In this document: piece after piece, positions 1 through 13,184 of the stretch
Layout of the letters: each line of letters starts with the position of its first letter
Numbering within the stretch: position 1 is the stretch's first letter
Source of the DNA: Malacoraja senta
Lineage: Eukaryota
Length of the DNA: 64,000 bases
Direction: 5' to 3'
NCBI GenBank assembly: GCA_038087875.1
Contig: CM075988.1
Coordinates: forward strand, 26,166,001-26,230,000
Translations under genes and position numbers: made by a program
Notes under the pieces: generated by a model
The model's input: only the letters and a program-made list of their open reading frames with translations
What the model was told of the DNA's origin: nothing
Databases searched by the model: none

Positions 1-1142
1 GGAGTACGCTTGCATTGTCTGGGCAGGGACATGCACACAATAGAGTGGGAGTGTGTGCTGGGCGATGTGTGGGGTCAGGGCTGCAAGCCCTGCAGTATTC
101 ACAATTGTAGCATGAGTTCATGGGCACAGGCACAAACATACCCCCCATAACGCTAACACACACACACACACAACCCACGTTATTCATATTCTCACCAAGA
201 TGAACACATTTCCATCAAGATTCAATAAGCTCAACATTATCCAGGATAATCCAGAATACTCAAGCATCACCCAATATTCCACTGAAAACATGTACTTCTT
301 GCCACTCGATTCTCCAATGAAAATTAGGGCCAAACGGAACTTGCTAGGTTTAGCCAGTGATGCCACGTCCCGCAAATCAATGCAACCTGTTCCTGTGCTT
401 TGTATTCCCATCTTGTCCCGTGAATATTCTTTCCAGTACATACTCCATTACATGTAAAAATGCTATTGCATGATACTCCCCCGATCAGCGTATAAACCTC
501 AGCACACAACCCCAAGTTGTGCAAGGACTCCAGTGCACAGGTTTTAGACCAAACACGTATATCCTGTTGACAGATGAGACCTTGTCTGTGAATTCCATCT
601 GGAACACGGACCTTGTCTCGGGTCTGAACACTTTCCTTGGTCTAGAGGCAACCATAGAAGCAGAAAACGACCAATCAGCTCCACCATCGCGTTTGCTCAT
701 CAATCTCTTACCTCAGCCTCCATCTCCTGCACTATCCCCATACGCCTTGATTTTCTTAATATTGAAAAATTCACCAGTTATTGTCTTGAATATACTGAGG
801 AGCTGATACTATAGCCACTTGCTTAGAGAATTCCAAAGGTGCTACCCTGTCCTGAATGACTTGAGTCCGTGATCACTTGCTCCATACATTCAGCCAGATA
901 GACATTCTCTGGTATCCAAGTACTGTCTTGTGTATCAATGCCCTTCACATTGACCCTAACCCCTTCCATTTTGATCCTAACTGCACATTTACCTTAATTA
1001 CCTTCAAATTGACCCTAATCCTCTCCACGTTGATCTGAACTCCTGCACAAACAGTGCTGCAATCTTATGCACACATTCTGTGCCCACTGACCAAAGTCAA
1101 TGTAAAGATTTTCCTGAGTATTGACACTTTCCTGCGCACACC

Positions 1143-1325
1143 TTTATTGATTAGATTTTTATTGTCATTTGAACCTCAAAGAGGCTCAAACGAAATTCCA
1201 TTTCCACAGCCATACAAACAAAACAATTCCTACAAGACACACAAACAATTCAATCTACATGAAAAACATCCATCACAGTGAATCTCCTCCTCACTGTGAT
1301 GGAAGGCAAAGTCTTTTCTCTCTTA
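1143..1325 (-). mobile_element. 3' tail fragment of the GC-rich non-autonomous retroelement family
   Basis: Matches the tails at 3964-4160 and 5378-5570 (ttttattgtcat...aacgaaatt...catc(c)atcacagtgaatctcc...ctcactgtgatggaaggc). Confidence 0.65.
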
Positions 1326-2810
1326 TCAGTCTTATCAGACTCTGCCTTTAGTCATTGTTCTGCAGACATTCGTTATCCCTGTAGAAACCACTACGTCCTA
1401 AGCACACACCCTGTATCAGTCCTGTGCACAAGTCCAAACCTACCCAATGAGACCAAACACGAGCAGTAGTTACCATCAGCGACCAACAACAAAATGACAA
1501 TTTCTGTTCATAAATGGACATTCATTAATGAATATCCATTTTCAGAAACTGCATGTATAACACTGCGGGAGCATGAATTTCCCCAATTCTTCTATAGACA
1601 GGAATCAGCAATCCAGACTTGAGAACGAATCAACCATACTGAGTATAAATAACTACCTTAGAGGAAGACATTGCTGGAGTTTTGAAGTGTAGAGTTTCTG
1701 CCGAAGTCCTGATGTCTGAAGTACCGCACTTCACTTGCAGTGATTTAGAGAAGACTGTAGGATGAACTGAATGTCAGAGAAACTCCACAGACTGTGTGAG
1801 CAACCTACTGGTGTCATCGACTTTATTAAATAAAACTTGGCGAACCAGTTTGACGTGAAGAGCTTGCCCCTGTGTATTATGTATATTACCACGCCCAGTT
1901 GCATGGAGTTTGATTTGTGCGTTGAATATTTAACAGCTGCCAATAGAAATGATTTACACTTGTACAGCAGCGTTAATGCTGCAAATTATCTCAACCGCAG
2001 CATAAACAATCCAAATTTGATATTAAGATATATAAAGGAGATTAGAACACTTTTAGAGCTTTTAAAGGAGGAGAAGGAGAGAGATGTACAATTTTAGAAA
2101 ATAAATGACAGAACTTAGGGTCTAGGCAGCAAAAAATGCATCATCATCAATAATGAAGTGATGTAAAGAGTGAGAAGTGCAGAAATGTGGAGTACCAAAT
2201 AAATCTAATGGCTGACTGAAGGTTTTTTTTCACAATCCATTAGGATTGGGAATGTGCAGGAAGGAACTGCAGATGCTGACTTAAACCGAAGATAGACACA
2301 AAAAAACTGGAGTAACACAGCAGGTCAGACAGCATCTCTGGGGAAAAGGAACAGATTTCCTTTTCGGGTGGACACCCTTCTTTAGATGAAGACTCTAGGA
2401 TTTATAATGTCTTGTGTTCACTCTGGTTTTGTGGACTGTAGGTGATGCACTCCTGCCATTTATGCAAAGCTTTGATACTCCCAACAAATGGACTGGAAGC
2501 TCTCAATCCATCCCAAACTCTCCTTCTCCAAACTGAGCAGCGTTGGACCAGGAGGTGCAGGGATCAGGGAAGGTGCACATTTCCAGAAGGCTTTGAATCC
2601 ATCCTTGAATTGTTTCATCATCCAGCCTGTAATCTTGGCCAAGACAGAGCTTGGAATAAGATCTGGTTTGGGGGAGTGTAGGGCACAAACTATGCCATTT
2701 GTCCATCATAATTGACTAACTGCGCTTAGGGCTTCAGTGGTTGGAATGTTGACTGGGGAAAGGATACTTTAGTTCCCTTCACTCACTTCAATTTTCAACC
2801 AACTCCCACA

Positions 2811-3215
2811 ATAGACAATAGACAATAGGTGCAGGAGTAGGCCATTCGGCCCTTCGAGCCAGCACCGCCTTTCAATGTGATCATGGCTGATCATCCCCAA
2901 TCAGTACCCCGTTCCTGCCTTCTCTCCATATCCCTTAACTCCGCTATCCCTAAGAGCTCTATCTAACTCTCTCTTGAAAGCATCCAGAGAACCACCCTCC
3001 ACCGCCCTCTGAGACAGAGAATTCCACACACTCACCACTCTCTGTGTGAAAAAAGTTTTTCCTCATCTCCGTTCTAAATGGTTTACCATTTATTCTTAAA
3101 CTGTGGCCCCTGGTTCTGGACTCCCCCAACATTGGGAACATGTTTCCTGCCTCTAGTGTGTCCAAACCCTTAATAATCTTATATAAGATCCCTTCTCATC
3201 CTTCTAAATTCCTCT
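2811..3215 (-). mobile_element. CR1 LINE 3' fragment with (ATTGTCT)n tail
   Basis: Minus ORF MFPMLGESRTRGHSLRINGKPFRTEMRKNFF is the CR1 ORF2 C-terminus and matches 34370-34470. Short-repeat tail at 2811-2827. Confidence 0.85.
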
Positions 3216-3414
3216 CACTGAAATAATTGCACATGCCCAACATCAACTTTAGAAATAGAAACTTATCTCTTGTTTGCGTCCATGGCAGTCATCAGAACCT
3301 AATATCAAATTTAACAATTTCAAGCAATCCCCTTTTTTCCTCTCTCTTTCTATGAATAAGGCTGTACGCTTCTTTCAATTTCCTTTTAAGCCCATAGCTG
3401 CTATTTTCATAAGT

Positions 3415-3640
3415 TCTAGGAGCAGAATTAGGCCATTCGGCCCATCAAGTCTACTCCACCATTCAGTCATGGCTGATCTATCTCTCCCTCCTAACCCCAG
3501 TCTCCTGCCGTCTCCCCATAACCCGTGACACCCTTCATAATCAAGAATCTGTCAATCTCCACCTTAAAAATACCCAATGACGGCCTCCACAACATCTGCG
3601 GCAATAAATTCCACAGATTCCACACCCTCTGACTAAAGGA
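3415..3640 (-). mobile_element. CR1-type 3' UTR fragment
   Basis: ggagcagaattaggccattcggcccatc...aaattccacagattc, homologous to 2830-3030. Confidence 0.7.
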
Positions 3641-3844
3641 AAAGTAGGTCACACGAGTGACACACATGACTGTGAAATAGGGCAGTGACAGTCACGTTTT
3701 GGAGTAATTGGTTTACAGAGAACTGTAATCACGAGCAAGTGAGATTAGTACATCGTCTAGTGGCGATAAACTCACAAATGTGGGCTTTAGCAGAAAATCG
3801 TTGAAGCAACCAGTCTTGTGGAACCAGTCTTGTTGATGGGAGAG

Positions 3845-4947
3845 GTTTTTTTTGGTTTTTTTTGTATCAAAAATAATTTATTTGATTACGAACACGCTAC
3901 AAAAACCCCAAAAATCCCAAAACCACTATATTACAAAATCACCAACTTATTCAGACACTAAATAGAATAGAATAGAATAGAATGCCTTTTATTGTCATGC
4001 AAACAGACAAGGTTTGAACGAAATTTCATTCCTCCATTTATGACATTATTTTAAAAAAACAAGACACACACTTAACACAATTTACATAAACATCCATCAC
4101 AGTGAATCTCCAACACCTCCTCACTGTGATGGAAGGCAGAGTGTTATCTCTTCCCTTTGTTCTTCTCCTGCGGTCTAGCAGTCCAACTGCAGCGTCGAGG
4201 CGACTGGGGCTCACGATGTTAAAGCCCCCGGCGGGCGATGGTAAGCCCCGCGGCCGTTTACGCCGAGCCGGGCGATGTTAGGCCCCGCTCCGAGTCATCT
4301 AAACCCCGCGATTCTGGTGGGAGAAGTTGCCGTTGCGGAAGCTCCGAAAAGCGGTCTCCCACCAGGGACCTGCGAGCTCCCGATGTCACCGTCCACCGGG
4401 CCTGCGGGCGGAGCCTCTGAAGCTCCGATGTCGGGTTGCAGCTGCGCGCCACCACAGCTCTCCACGTTCCGAAGTCGGCCAGCTCCGCGATGGCGAGTCC
4501 ACAGGCTCTGCGACTGGAGCCCTCAGGTTGGTTCCGGTTGGAGGCCGCCGCCGGCTCCATGATGTTAGGCCCAACGACAGCGGAGACCCAACGGGGAAAA
4601 GTCGTGTCCCCGTACAGGGAAGAGATTAAACGTTTTCCCCAACCCCCCGCCCCCCCCCCCCCCACATATACACAGCTAAAAAATAATAACAATTAAAACC
4701 AAAAACATATATCTAACGGGACAAAAATGTAAAAAAGACACACGGACTGTAGTCGAGCCGCTATCGTTAGGCGGCACCGCCTCCTCCAAACAACTATGTT
4801 ACAGATATACTAAATAACTACTATACAACGATGTCCCTCTCTAACACCAACCGGGCGCGGACGTAACCTCAGTAAAGGGGCAAGCATCTAGATCGGGCAA
4901 AGCCCTCTTCTGCCTGGCGCCGTGACTTGTGGATGGCCAGCTTGACC
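3845..4947 (-). mobile_element. Short 3' fragment of a Tx1-like (L1 clade) element, itself interrupted by 3964-4784
   Basis: T-rich tail at 3846-3873, minus-strand AATAAA, and a remnant resembling the Tx1 ORF2 end (KLAIHKSRRQAEEG..GYVRAR). 10-bp TSD gatgggagag at 3835-3844 and 4948-4957. Empty site in the inverted paralog near 11198-11215. Confidence 0.65.
3964..4784 (-). mobile_element. GC-rich ~820-bp non-autonomous retroelement with (ATTCT)n tail
   Basis: Absent from the inverted paralog (junction 18132/18133). Has a microsatellite tail, AATAAA and a CpG-rich body related to 59165-60003. Confidence 0.8.
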
Positions 4948-5109
4948 GATGGGAGAGTGTTGGATGGAAGTGTAGCTCAACGACAGGTGAGTGGGTCAGA
5001 AGCGTTTTGATCAACATTATGGCCCAGGATATCGTAATGGCAGAGCCGCTCTCCCGCTCACTCCCATTAAACCTGCAAAAGGCGTGAGGAGCAGATTTCC
5101 ACGAGGCGA

Positions 5110-7120
5110 TAGAACTGTATTTATCCCAGGAGGGAAGTTGGTCTGCCAACAGTTATAAACCACAGCAAGATACATTAAACATGAAACTAAAGTGACGAGT
5201 GGAAAGTCCAGGATTGGGAATGGGCAAAGATTGGGGAGGGGAGGGGGGTGGGGGAAGGTGAGTCAGTCTACCTCATGACAGAAGGGAGGTGAGTTGTACA
5301 GTTTGATAGCTATAGGGAAAAATAATCTCCTGTGGCGTTCTGTGCTGCTTCTTGGTGGAACCAGTCTGTTGCTGAAGAGAGATTTAGAGATTAGAGATTC
5401 CTTTATTTGTCATTCAGACCTTCCGGTTTGAACGAAATTTCGTTGCCTGCAGTCATACATATAATAAATAACAAAACACACAATAAACACAAATTAACAT
5501 CCACCACAGTGAGTTCACCAGGCACCTCCTCACTGTGATGGAGGCAAAAGTCTTAAAGTTTCTGTCTCTTCCCTCTTTGTTCTCCCTCTGCGCTGAGGCG
5601 ATCCAGGCTTCTGACGTTGTGACCCCGCCGGGTGATGGTAAGTAAGTCAGTCCCGCGGCTGAATCCGTGCTCCGTCCGCGACGGGCCAGTTCAAACTCCG
5701 CGGCCCGGGGTGGCCGAAGCTGCCGAAGCTGCCGCCCTCCAGTCCAGTGGACGCAGCTGTAGTTGCGGCAGCCCCAGAAAAACAGGTCACCAACCTGTAA
5801 CCTGCGAGCTCCCGACGATGTCGTCCACTGGGCCCGCGGCCGAGCCTCCGGATTCAGGTCGTCACCAGTGTCCTCGGTCGCCACCGCCGGAACGCCACCG
5901 CAGCCCCGAAGTTGGCCAGCCCCGCGCTGGTAAGTCCTGGCTCTGCCTCCGGAGCCTCGAGGTCGGTCGGTCGGTCGCAGTTGGAGTTGGAGGCCGGCAG
6001 CTCCGCCCTTTGGCCTCGGCGCAGACGGAGGCAGAGAAGGGGGATACAACAAGAAAAAGTTGCATTCCCCCGAAGGAAGAGACAAAAATCATGTTTCACC
6101 CCCCCCCCCACACGTACATACACAACCCAATAAACTAAAATTTAACTAAAACAGGTGCTCCTCAGGTTGACCAGTGAGTCATGGAAGAGGTGAGCTGTGT
6201 TGTCCAAAATGCTCCGCAGTTTGAGGAGCATTCTCCTCTCCAAGACTACCTCCAGTGAATCCAACTCCACCCCCACGACGGAGACAGCCTTCCTGATGAA
6301 CTTGTTGGTTCTGTTGGCGTCCATGGCCTTCACCCTGCTTCCCCAGCACACGACAGCGTAGATGGCACTGGTCACCACCGATTGGTAGAACATCTGCAGC
6401 ATCTTACTGCAGATGTTGAAAGAGTGGAGCCTCCTCCAAAAGTACAGACGGCTCTGTCCCTTCTTATACAGTGCCTCAGCGTTCCTGGACCAGTCCAGTT
6501 TACTGTCCAGCTAAAGTCCAAGGTACTCCTTGGTAAACTGCACATCCACATCCATGATGGAGACAGGGGACATGGGGCTTTCCTCTCCACCACCAACTCA
6601 TTAGTCTTGTCAGTGTTGAGCTGCAGGTAATTCAGCCCACACCACTCAACAATGTCGTTGAGTACACCTCTGCATTCAGCTTCCCTCCCCTCACTGATGC
6701 AGCCCACAATTGCAGATTCATCCAAAAACATCTGCAGGTGGCAGGATTCCGAGTTGTATCTGAAATCTGAGGTGTAGATGGTGAACAGGAAGGGAGAGAG
6801 GACCGTCCCCTGAGGGGCCCCTGTGTTGCTCACTACCGTGCCGAGACACAGTTCTGCAGCCTGACATACTGTGGTCATCCAGTCAGGTAGTTGGTGATCC
6901 AGGACACCAACGGAGCATCCACCCACATCTTCGTCAGTTTGCAACCCAGCAGTGCAGGCCGGATGGTGTTAAAACACTGGAGAGGTAGAACATGATTCTC
7001 ACAGTGCTTCCCAGCTTATCCAGGTGAGCATAGGAACAATGGAGTAGGTGGATGATGGCGTCCTCCACCCCCACCTTTGTTTGTTAAGCGAACTGAGGGG
7101 GTCCAGGTAGGGTCAAACCA
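5110..7120 (-). mobile_element. Rex1/Babar-type LINE, 5'-truncated and frameshifted RT (interrupted by 5378-6152)
   Basis: VVSNTGAPQGTVLSPFLFTIYTSDFRYNSESCHLQMFLDESAIVGCI and MLQMFYQSVVTSAIYAVVCWG are Rex1-type RT and C-terminal motifs. Confidence 0.85.
5378..6152 (-). mobile_element. GC-rich non-autonomous retroelement, 5'-truncated copy of the 59165-60003 family
   Basis: Near-identical reverse complement of ~59250-60000. Empty site ctgaaggtgctc in the paralog at ~13226-13237. Confidence 0.85.
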
Positions 7121-7575
7121 GAGGCCACACAAAGTAAACAATAAAAAATGTGAGGTATTCATGGATTGGGAGGAGATGTAGGTCAGTGAGTACAAGTGAC
7201 ACACATTAGTCATCATCTGCTCTGGCTCCTTGCCTAACCCAGCACAATACTGAGGGAATTCCATTCAGAGACGGCATACGGGATTTGCCTTAAACCTGAA
7301 TGGAAGGGAGGGCAATGGTGGGGTGAGCAGGGGGTTGCTGGGCATGTGATGGATGTGGGCAGACAGCGCGGGCAGTAGGTTTCTACACAAAGTAAACAAT
7401 AATAAATGTGAAGTATTGATGGATTGGGAGGAAAAGTAGGTCACACGAGTGACACACATGACTGTGAAATAGGGCAGTGACAGTCACGTTTTGGAGTAAT
7501 TGGTTTGCAGAAAAACGTTGAAGCAACCAGTCTTGTGGAACCAGTCTTGTTGATGGGAGAGGGTTTTTGTTGTTG

Positions 7576-7577
<2 letters not shown>

Positions 7578-7607
<30 letters not shown>

Positions 7608-9963
7608 TTATTTATTAGAAGTACATCACAGCCACATACATTAATACTCGTCATTTATATCTTCTTACAATTAATGTACTCCCTTTATTTTTTTTTACGC
7701 TAAAGAAAGAAAAGATTGAAAGAGAGAAGAAAGTGAAGGAAAAAGTGCAAGTGTAGAAAAGTGTAGAAAATGTAACAACAAACAAAAAAAAAAAAAAGGA
7801 CGGGGACCCTATGAAAGCGAAATTAAAGACAAAAAAAAAAAGGAGTTAAGAAATAGGCCCTAAGAAAAGAAAAGAGAGAGAGAAAAAAAGAAAAACAAAT
7901 GTTTTTTTTTTTTTTTTGAGCATCACGTAAATAGGACATACCAACTCTTCAACTATCATCCCCCCTTACCCGACCTCAATTTTTTATTTTTTTAAAGTAC
8001 TTTTGCACCCTATGTTTGTAATAATTCTATAAATGCAGACCACGTCAGGTGGAAGTGATCTGGTTTACCTGCTAAGAGGAGTCTTATCTCTTCAAGGTGT
8101 AGTGTTTCAAACATATTTGAAATCCACATATTTATAGTTGGTATTGGAGCCTTCTTCCAAAATTTTAGAATTAGCTTTTTTCCAGTTATTAACCCATAAT
8201 CCATTAATTTCTTTTGAAACACATTTAGTTCTGGATCATCTTCCGTTATTCCGAAGATAATCCATTCTGCTTTGGGTATCAGTCTTGTTTTAAATAACTT
8301 TGTAAAGATTTCAAAAATTTCATTCCAAAATTTTTGAATTTTTGTACAGAAGACAAATGAGTGCGCTATAGTTGCTTCTTGGGATTGACATTTATCACAA
8401 ATAGATGATACGTTTGGGAAAATTTTATGAATTTTAGTTTTCGAATAATATAATCTATGTAAAATTTTAAATTGTATTAAAGTGTGTCTTACATTAATCG
8501 AGCATTTATGTACTTTTAATAAGTATTCATTCCAACTTTCCTTTGAAATTTTAATGGCTAACTCTTGTTCCCAGTCTCTTCTGATACCCTCCGTAGATGG
8601 TATTTGTACATTTAAGATAATATTGTACAAATATGATATTAAGTTTGCTGATTCCGCTTTTATCTGCATTGCCTCGTCCAGTACATCTGCTGGGTTATTA
8701 TGATGATCTTTTATATATTTTTTCAAATAGTCGCATATTTGAAAGTATTTAAAATATTGATTATTTCCGAGTTTATATTTTATTTGTAATTGTTGAAATG
8801 AAAGTAATTTTCCAGTTTCATACAAGTCACCAAGCGTTTTAATTCCTAGTCTATCCCATTGTGTATAAGCTTTATCTATAATAGAAGGACTAAACGAAGG
8901 GTTATTGACTATAGGTAATAAAAGTGATAAGTTTCTTAATTTTAAATTTTGTTTTATTTGTTTCCAAATACGGATTGTACTATGAATAATTGGGTTCTTA
9001 TTATAGTTTATGTTATTCAATTTCATTGGAGAGAGGAGGATCGCTCCAATGTTTCTAGAGGAGCAATCCTCTTTCTCCATTACAATCCAGTCTACTTGCT
9101 GGGCGGAGTTATCCATCAGTTGAATCATGTTTTTAATATTTACTGACCAATAATAATACATAAAATTGGGTAGTGCTAGACCCCCCAATACTTTAGATTT
9201 ATTCAGATGGGTTTTTTGTATTCTATGTGATTTATAGTCCCATATAAAATTAGTGATATCTGAGTCGAGTTTTTTAAAAAACTTCTTAGGTAAGTATATA
9301 GGAATTGATTGAAATAGGTATAAAATTTGTGGTAAAAAGATCATTTTTATTGCGTTTATTCGGCCTATTAAAGACATCGGAAGCGTTTTCCAGAATTTAA
9401 TTAATGTATTCAGTTTATTAAGTAGGGGGTCAAAATTTGCCCTGAGCATACCTTGATATGCTCTGGTAATTTCGATTCCCAAATATTTAAATTTTTCTGT
9501 AGCTATTTTAAAAGGGAATTTTAAAAGATGTGTTGAATCTTTCGGTTTTATTGACATAATTTCACTTTTATTCCAATTTATTCTATATCCAGAAAAAGAT
9601 CCGAAGTCTTCAATTAAATTTAATATATTTGGTATAGTGATTTGAGGTTTTGTGATATACAATAATATATCATCCGCGTATAAAGATATTTTATTATATG
9701 AGTCTTTAGTATTATATCCATGAATATCAGGGTGTATTCTAATTTTTTCTGCTAGCGGTTCAATAATGAGAGCAAACAGCTGTGGTGATAATGAGCATCC
9801 TTGTCTATTTCCCCTTGATAGTTGAAATTTCGAGGATAATATGTTATTAGTAAGTATTCTAGCTGTAGGTTTGTTATATAGTAACTTAATCCATAAAATA
9901 AAATTCTCTCCCAGTTGAAATTTTTGTAATACTTTATCCATATAATTCCATTCTACTTGATCT
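7578..9963 (-). mobile_element. L1 LINE, 5'-truncated, with poly(A) tail and an uninterrupted 643-aa ORF2 C-terminal part (8010-9941)
   Basis: RGNRQGCSLSPQLF, KISLYADDILLY, GGLALPNF and CDKC..H..C motifs. Poly(T) at ~7578-7601 on + strand next to a minus-strand AATAAA. Confidence 0.92.
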
Positions 9964-10411
9964 ACTTGTTTTTTTGTGTGGAAATCTACTGCCCGCGCTG
10001 TCTGCCCACATCCATCACATGCCCAGCAACCCCCTGCTCACCCCACCATTGCCCTCCCTTCCATTCAGGCTTAAGGCAAATCCCGTATGCCGTCTCTGAA
10101 TGGAATTCCCTTAGTATTGTGCTGGGTTAGGCAAGGAGCCAGAGCAGATGATGACAGTGATCATGGATCGGTCAGTGGGAGCTGTGCTGTACCCTGTAGA
10201 TGCTGCACTCGGCAATGTGGCAGGTTACCAGCTCATAAATAGACTGCGAGCATCAAAAGCCTCCCGCTCTTCCAGCTAACTCCCACTAAAATCACTCATT
10301 ACCTTTTCGTCTTCATTCCCTGGTTCCCATCGAACCCAACCACCATCCAGCCTGTGGCCGTGCAGATGCTAACCTGGATGAAAGCTCTGAACCTCTCCCA
10401 GAATACCTGTG

Positions 10412-11062
10412 GACATTACATTGGAGTTTACCTGGACAGTAAACTGGACTGGTCCAGGAACGCTGAGGCACTGTATAAGAAGGGACAGAGCCATCTGTAC
10501 TTTTGGAGGAGGCTCCACTCTTTCAACATCTGCAGTAAGATGCTGCAGATGTTCTACCAACCGGTGGTGACCAGTGCCATCTTCTACGCTGTCGTGTGCT
10601 GGGGCAGCAGGGTGAAGGCCATGGACGCCAACAGAACCAACAAGCTCACCAGGAAGGCTGTCTCTGTCCTGCGGGTGGAGTTGGATTCACTGGAGGTAGT
10701 CTTGGAGGGGAGAATGCTCCTCAAACTGTGGGGCATCTTGGACAATACAGCTCACCTCTTCCATGACTCACTGGTCAACCTGAGGAGCACCTTCAGCAAC
10801 AGACTGGTTCCACCAAGAAGCAGCACAGAACGCCACAGGAGATTCTTTTTCCCTATAGCTATCAAACTGTACAACTCCTCCCCCTTCTGTCGTGGGGTAG
10901 ACTGACTCACCTTCTTCCCCCTCCCCTCCCCTCCCCTCCCCAATCTTTGCCCATCCCCAATCCTGGGCTTTCCACTTGTCTCTTCAATTTCAAGTGTCAT
11001 TCATCTTGTATTTTATAACCAATTTTCTTCCTGGGATAAATAACGATTTATCGTATCGTATC
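10412..11062 (+). mobile_element. Rex1/Babar LINE 3' fragment
   Basis: YIGVYLDSKLDWS..LYKKGQSHLYFWRRLHSF..MFYQPVV..FFPIAIKLYN, ending in a (TATCG)n tail at ~11049-11063. Confidence 0.85.
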
Positions 11063-11715
11063 GTGGAAATTTGCTCCTCACGCCCTTTGCGGGTTTATTG
11101 GGAGTGAGCGGCTCTGGCAGTACGATATCCTGGGCCATACTGTTGATCAAAACACTTCCGACCCACTCACCTGTCCTTGAGCTACACTTCCATCCAACAC
11201 TCTCCCATCAACAAGACCAGTTCCACTACGTCTTGCCTCAACTATTCTCTGCTAAAGCCCACATTTGTGCGTTTATTGTCACTGGACTTGATGTTATAAT
11301 CTCACTTACTCATGGTTTCAATTCTCTATAAACTTCAATTCATCCAAAATGACAGTGACTGTGACTGTCCTATTTCACACTAATGTGTGTCACACTTGTA
11401 CTCACTCTTGTACAGTGGAAATCAATTAAACTACATGTCAAACACTGAGTACAATAAGCTACTTCTAAGCTATCGTGGGGTTATCGTGGGGTTAGCACAA
11501 ATAACTGCAGATTTATTTCTCACCAGTGGCGTTGACCACATCTATTTGGAACAATTTGTGGCTTTGGGTGTGTCTACTGTCCCAGAGCCTCATCCACTCA
11601 CTATTTCAGCCTGCCTGCGTCTCCTCTGGATTCCTTTCCCCTTCACATGTTTACCAAGCCTCCCAGGGCTGCATCTACCTCCAACTGGGTTGGATTTTTG
11701 TGTTAAATCCAATCC

Positions 11716-11940
11716 AGTTGTGAATCTGTGGAATTCCCTGCCTCACAAGGCAGTGGAGGCCAATTCTCTGGATGCTTTCCAGAGAGAGTTAGATAGAGCT
11801 CTTAAAGATAGTGGAGTCAGGGGATATGGGGAGAAGGCAGGAACGGGGTACTGATAGTGGATGATTAGCCATGATCATATTGAATGGTGGTGCTGGTTCG
11901 AGGGGCCGAATGGCCTACTCCTGCACCAATTGTCTACTGT
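11716..11940 (+). mobile_element. CR1 3' end fragment
   Basis: VVNLWNSLP..AVEA followed by the CR1 3' UTR (ggccgaatggcctactcctgcacc). Confidence 0.8.
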
Positions 11941-12810
11941 TTCCTCTATTTTCAGGAGAAAAGGGTGCCCTTTTGAATTCTTTGTATTAATAATGATAAG
12001 TAAGTGTCTTTTATGCATGGTGTAGATATTCCGTCTCCATGAGTAAGAATGTCATTGTTCTATCTGGGACATATGACAATAAAACACCCTTGATTCTTGA
12101 CCCTCTTAAATACCCTCTGTACGTCAGTACAGTAACAGCATCACATCAATGCCTTTCCTTGTGTATTTATCAATGCAACCATTGCACTGGCTCAGGAGTC
12201 CAGAGCAACAATCACGAGGCAACATTCAACAGATTGTTCTGTGTGACTTGGGAGTTCAGGTGAGTGAGATATCGGGTGCTGTCGAGTTAGCTTTAGCGGT
12301 TCAATACTGGGGCTTACAGATCACAACAAATGGTGTGAGTGAACAATTGTGTTCATGAAACAAAATCTGTATTTCCCCTCAATCGCCTCATTCTCCTATT
12401 ACGGTTGTTATCTCAAACAAATTACAGCTTTTGACATCCTGTGGATCTGACCCGCATGGAGTATGGAGTTGGGACCTCTTACTTTGCAAACTCACTGAAG
12501 CATAGACAAACCTGTAACCTGTAGAGGCACGTGCTAACCTGTGCAGATTAAAGCATTGCACATGTCTCCACAAGAAGTAGGTACATGCAGGTCAAGCAAC
12601 ATCTCTCACCTCTACACAATGTACATTCTTTTCTAACAGGCATAAAATGTAATTATAACTTTTCAGGTATGCCCTTACCTGCTACCTGTACAGGTACACA
12701 CCCCAGGGCTGCCCTAGTTGCGCATTCAAGTCTTGATCATTCTGCCCGTGCATGGAAGGCCAGGAAGAAGTTGTGTGTGATTGGGACCCAGGTTACTTGG
12801 TGCTTCATCA

Positions 12811-13095
12811 GGGGCGACACAGTAGCACAGCTGTTAGAGCTGCTGCCTCACAGCACCAGACACCCGTGATCCTGAGCTCACGTGCTGTCCATGTGAAGAT
12901 CTTGTAGCTTTCCTTTGGGCCCTCTGTTTTCATCCGACATCCCAAGATGTGTGAGTTTGTAGTCTCTGTAAATGACCCCCTGTTGTCGGGACTGTATGAG
13001 AAAGTGGGATAACATAGTACGTATGAACGGATGATCAATGGTTGGTGTGGACTCTGTAGGCCGAAGGTACAATTTCAACGCTGTGTCTCTAAACT
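12811..13095 (+). mobile_element. tRNA-derived SINE (HE1/V-SINE-like), decayed
   Basis: tRNA-like head (ggcgacacagtagcacagctgttagagctgctgcctcacagc), central body and CR1-like tail ending tgtctctaaact. Confidence 0.65.
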
Positions 13096-13184
13096 ACACT
13101 AGTTATGACAATGGCCAATGTTTTGTATGGTAATAACTTGTATGGTAATAACAGAAGGTTCCTTCTGCAGTTGTACAGAGCCCT

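Noticed and set aside
184..806. Short overlapping ORFs in unique-looking sequence
   Set aside because: No recognisable motifs, and lengths are within chance expectation.
1731..1940. Possible minus-strand terminal exon (ttggcag acceptor, ~68 open codons)
   Set aside because: No recognisable homology and no supportable partner exons. It would need RNA-seq or tBLASTn.
4238..6138. Many GC-rich ORFs of 60-210 aa (also 59093-59894)
   Set aside because: They lie inside multi-copy GC-rich repeats, and frames differ between near-identical copies.
12811..12880. tRNA gene
   Set aside because: It is a decayed tRNA-like SINE head with no complete cloverleaf, continuing into a SINE body.
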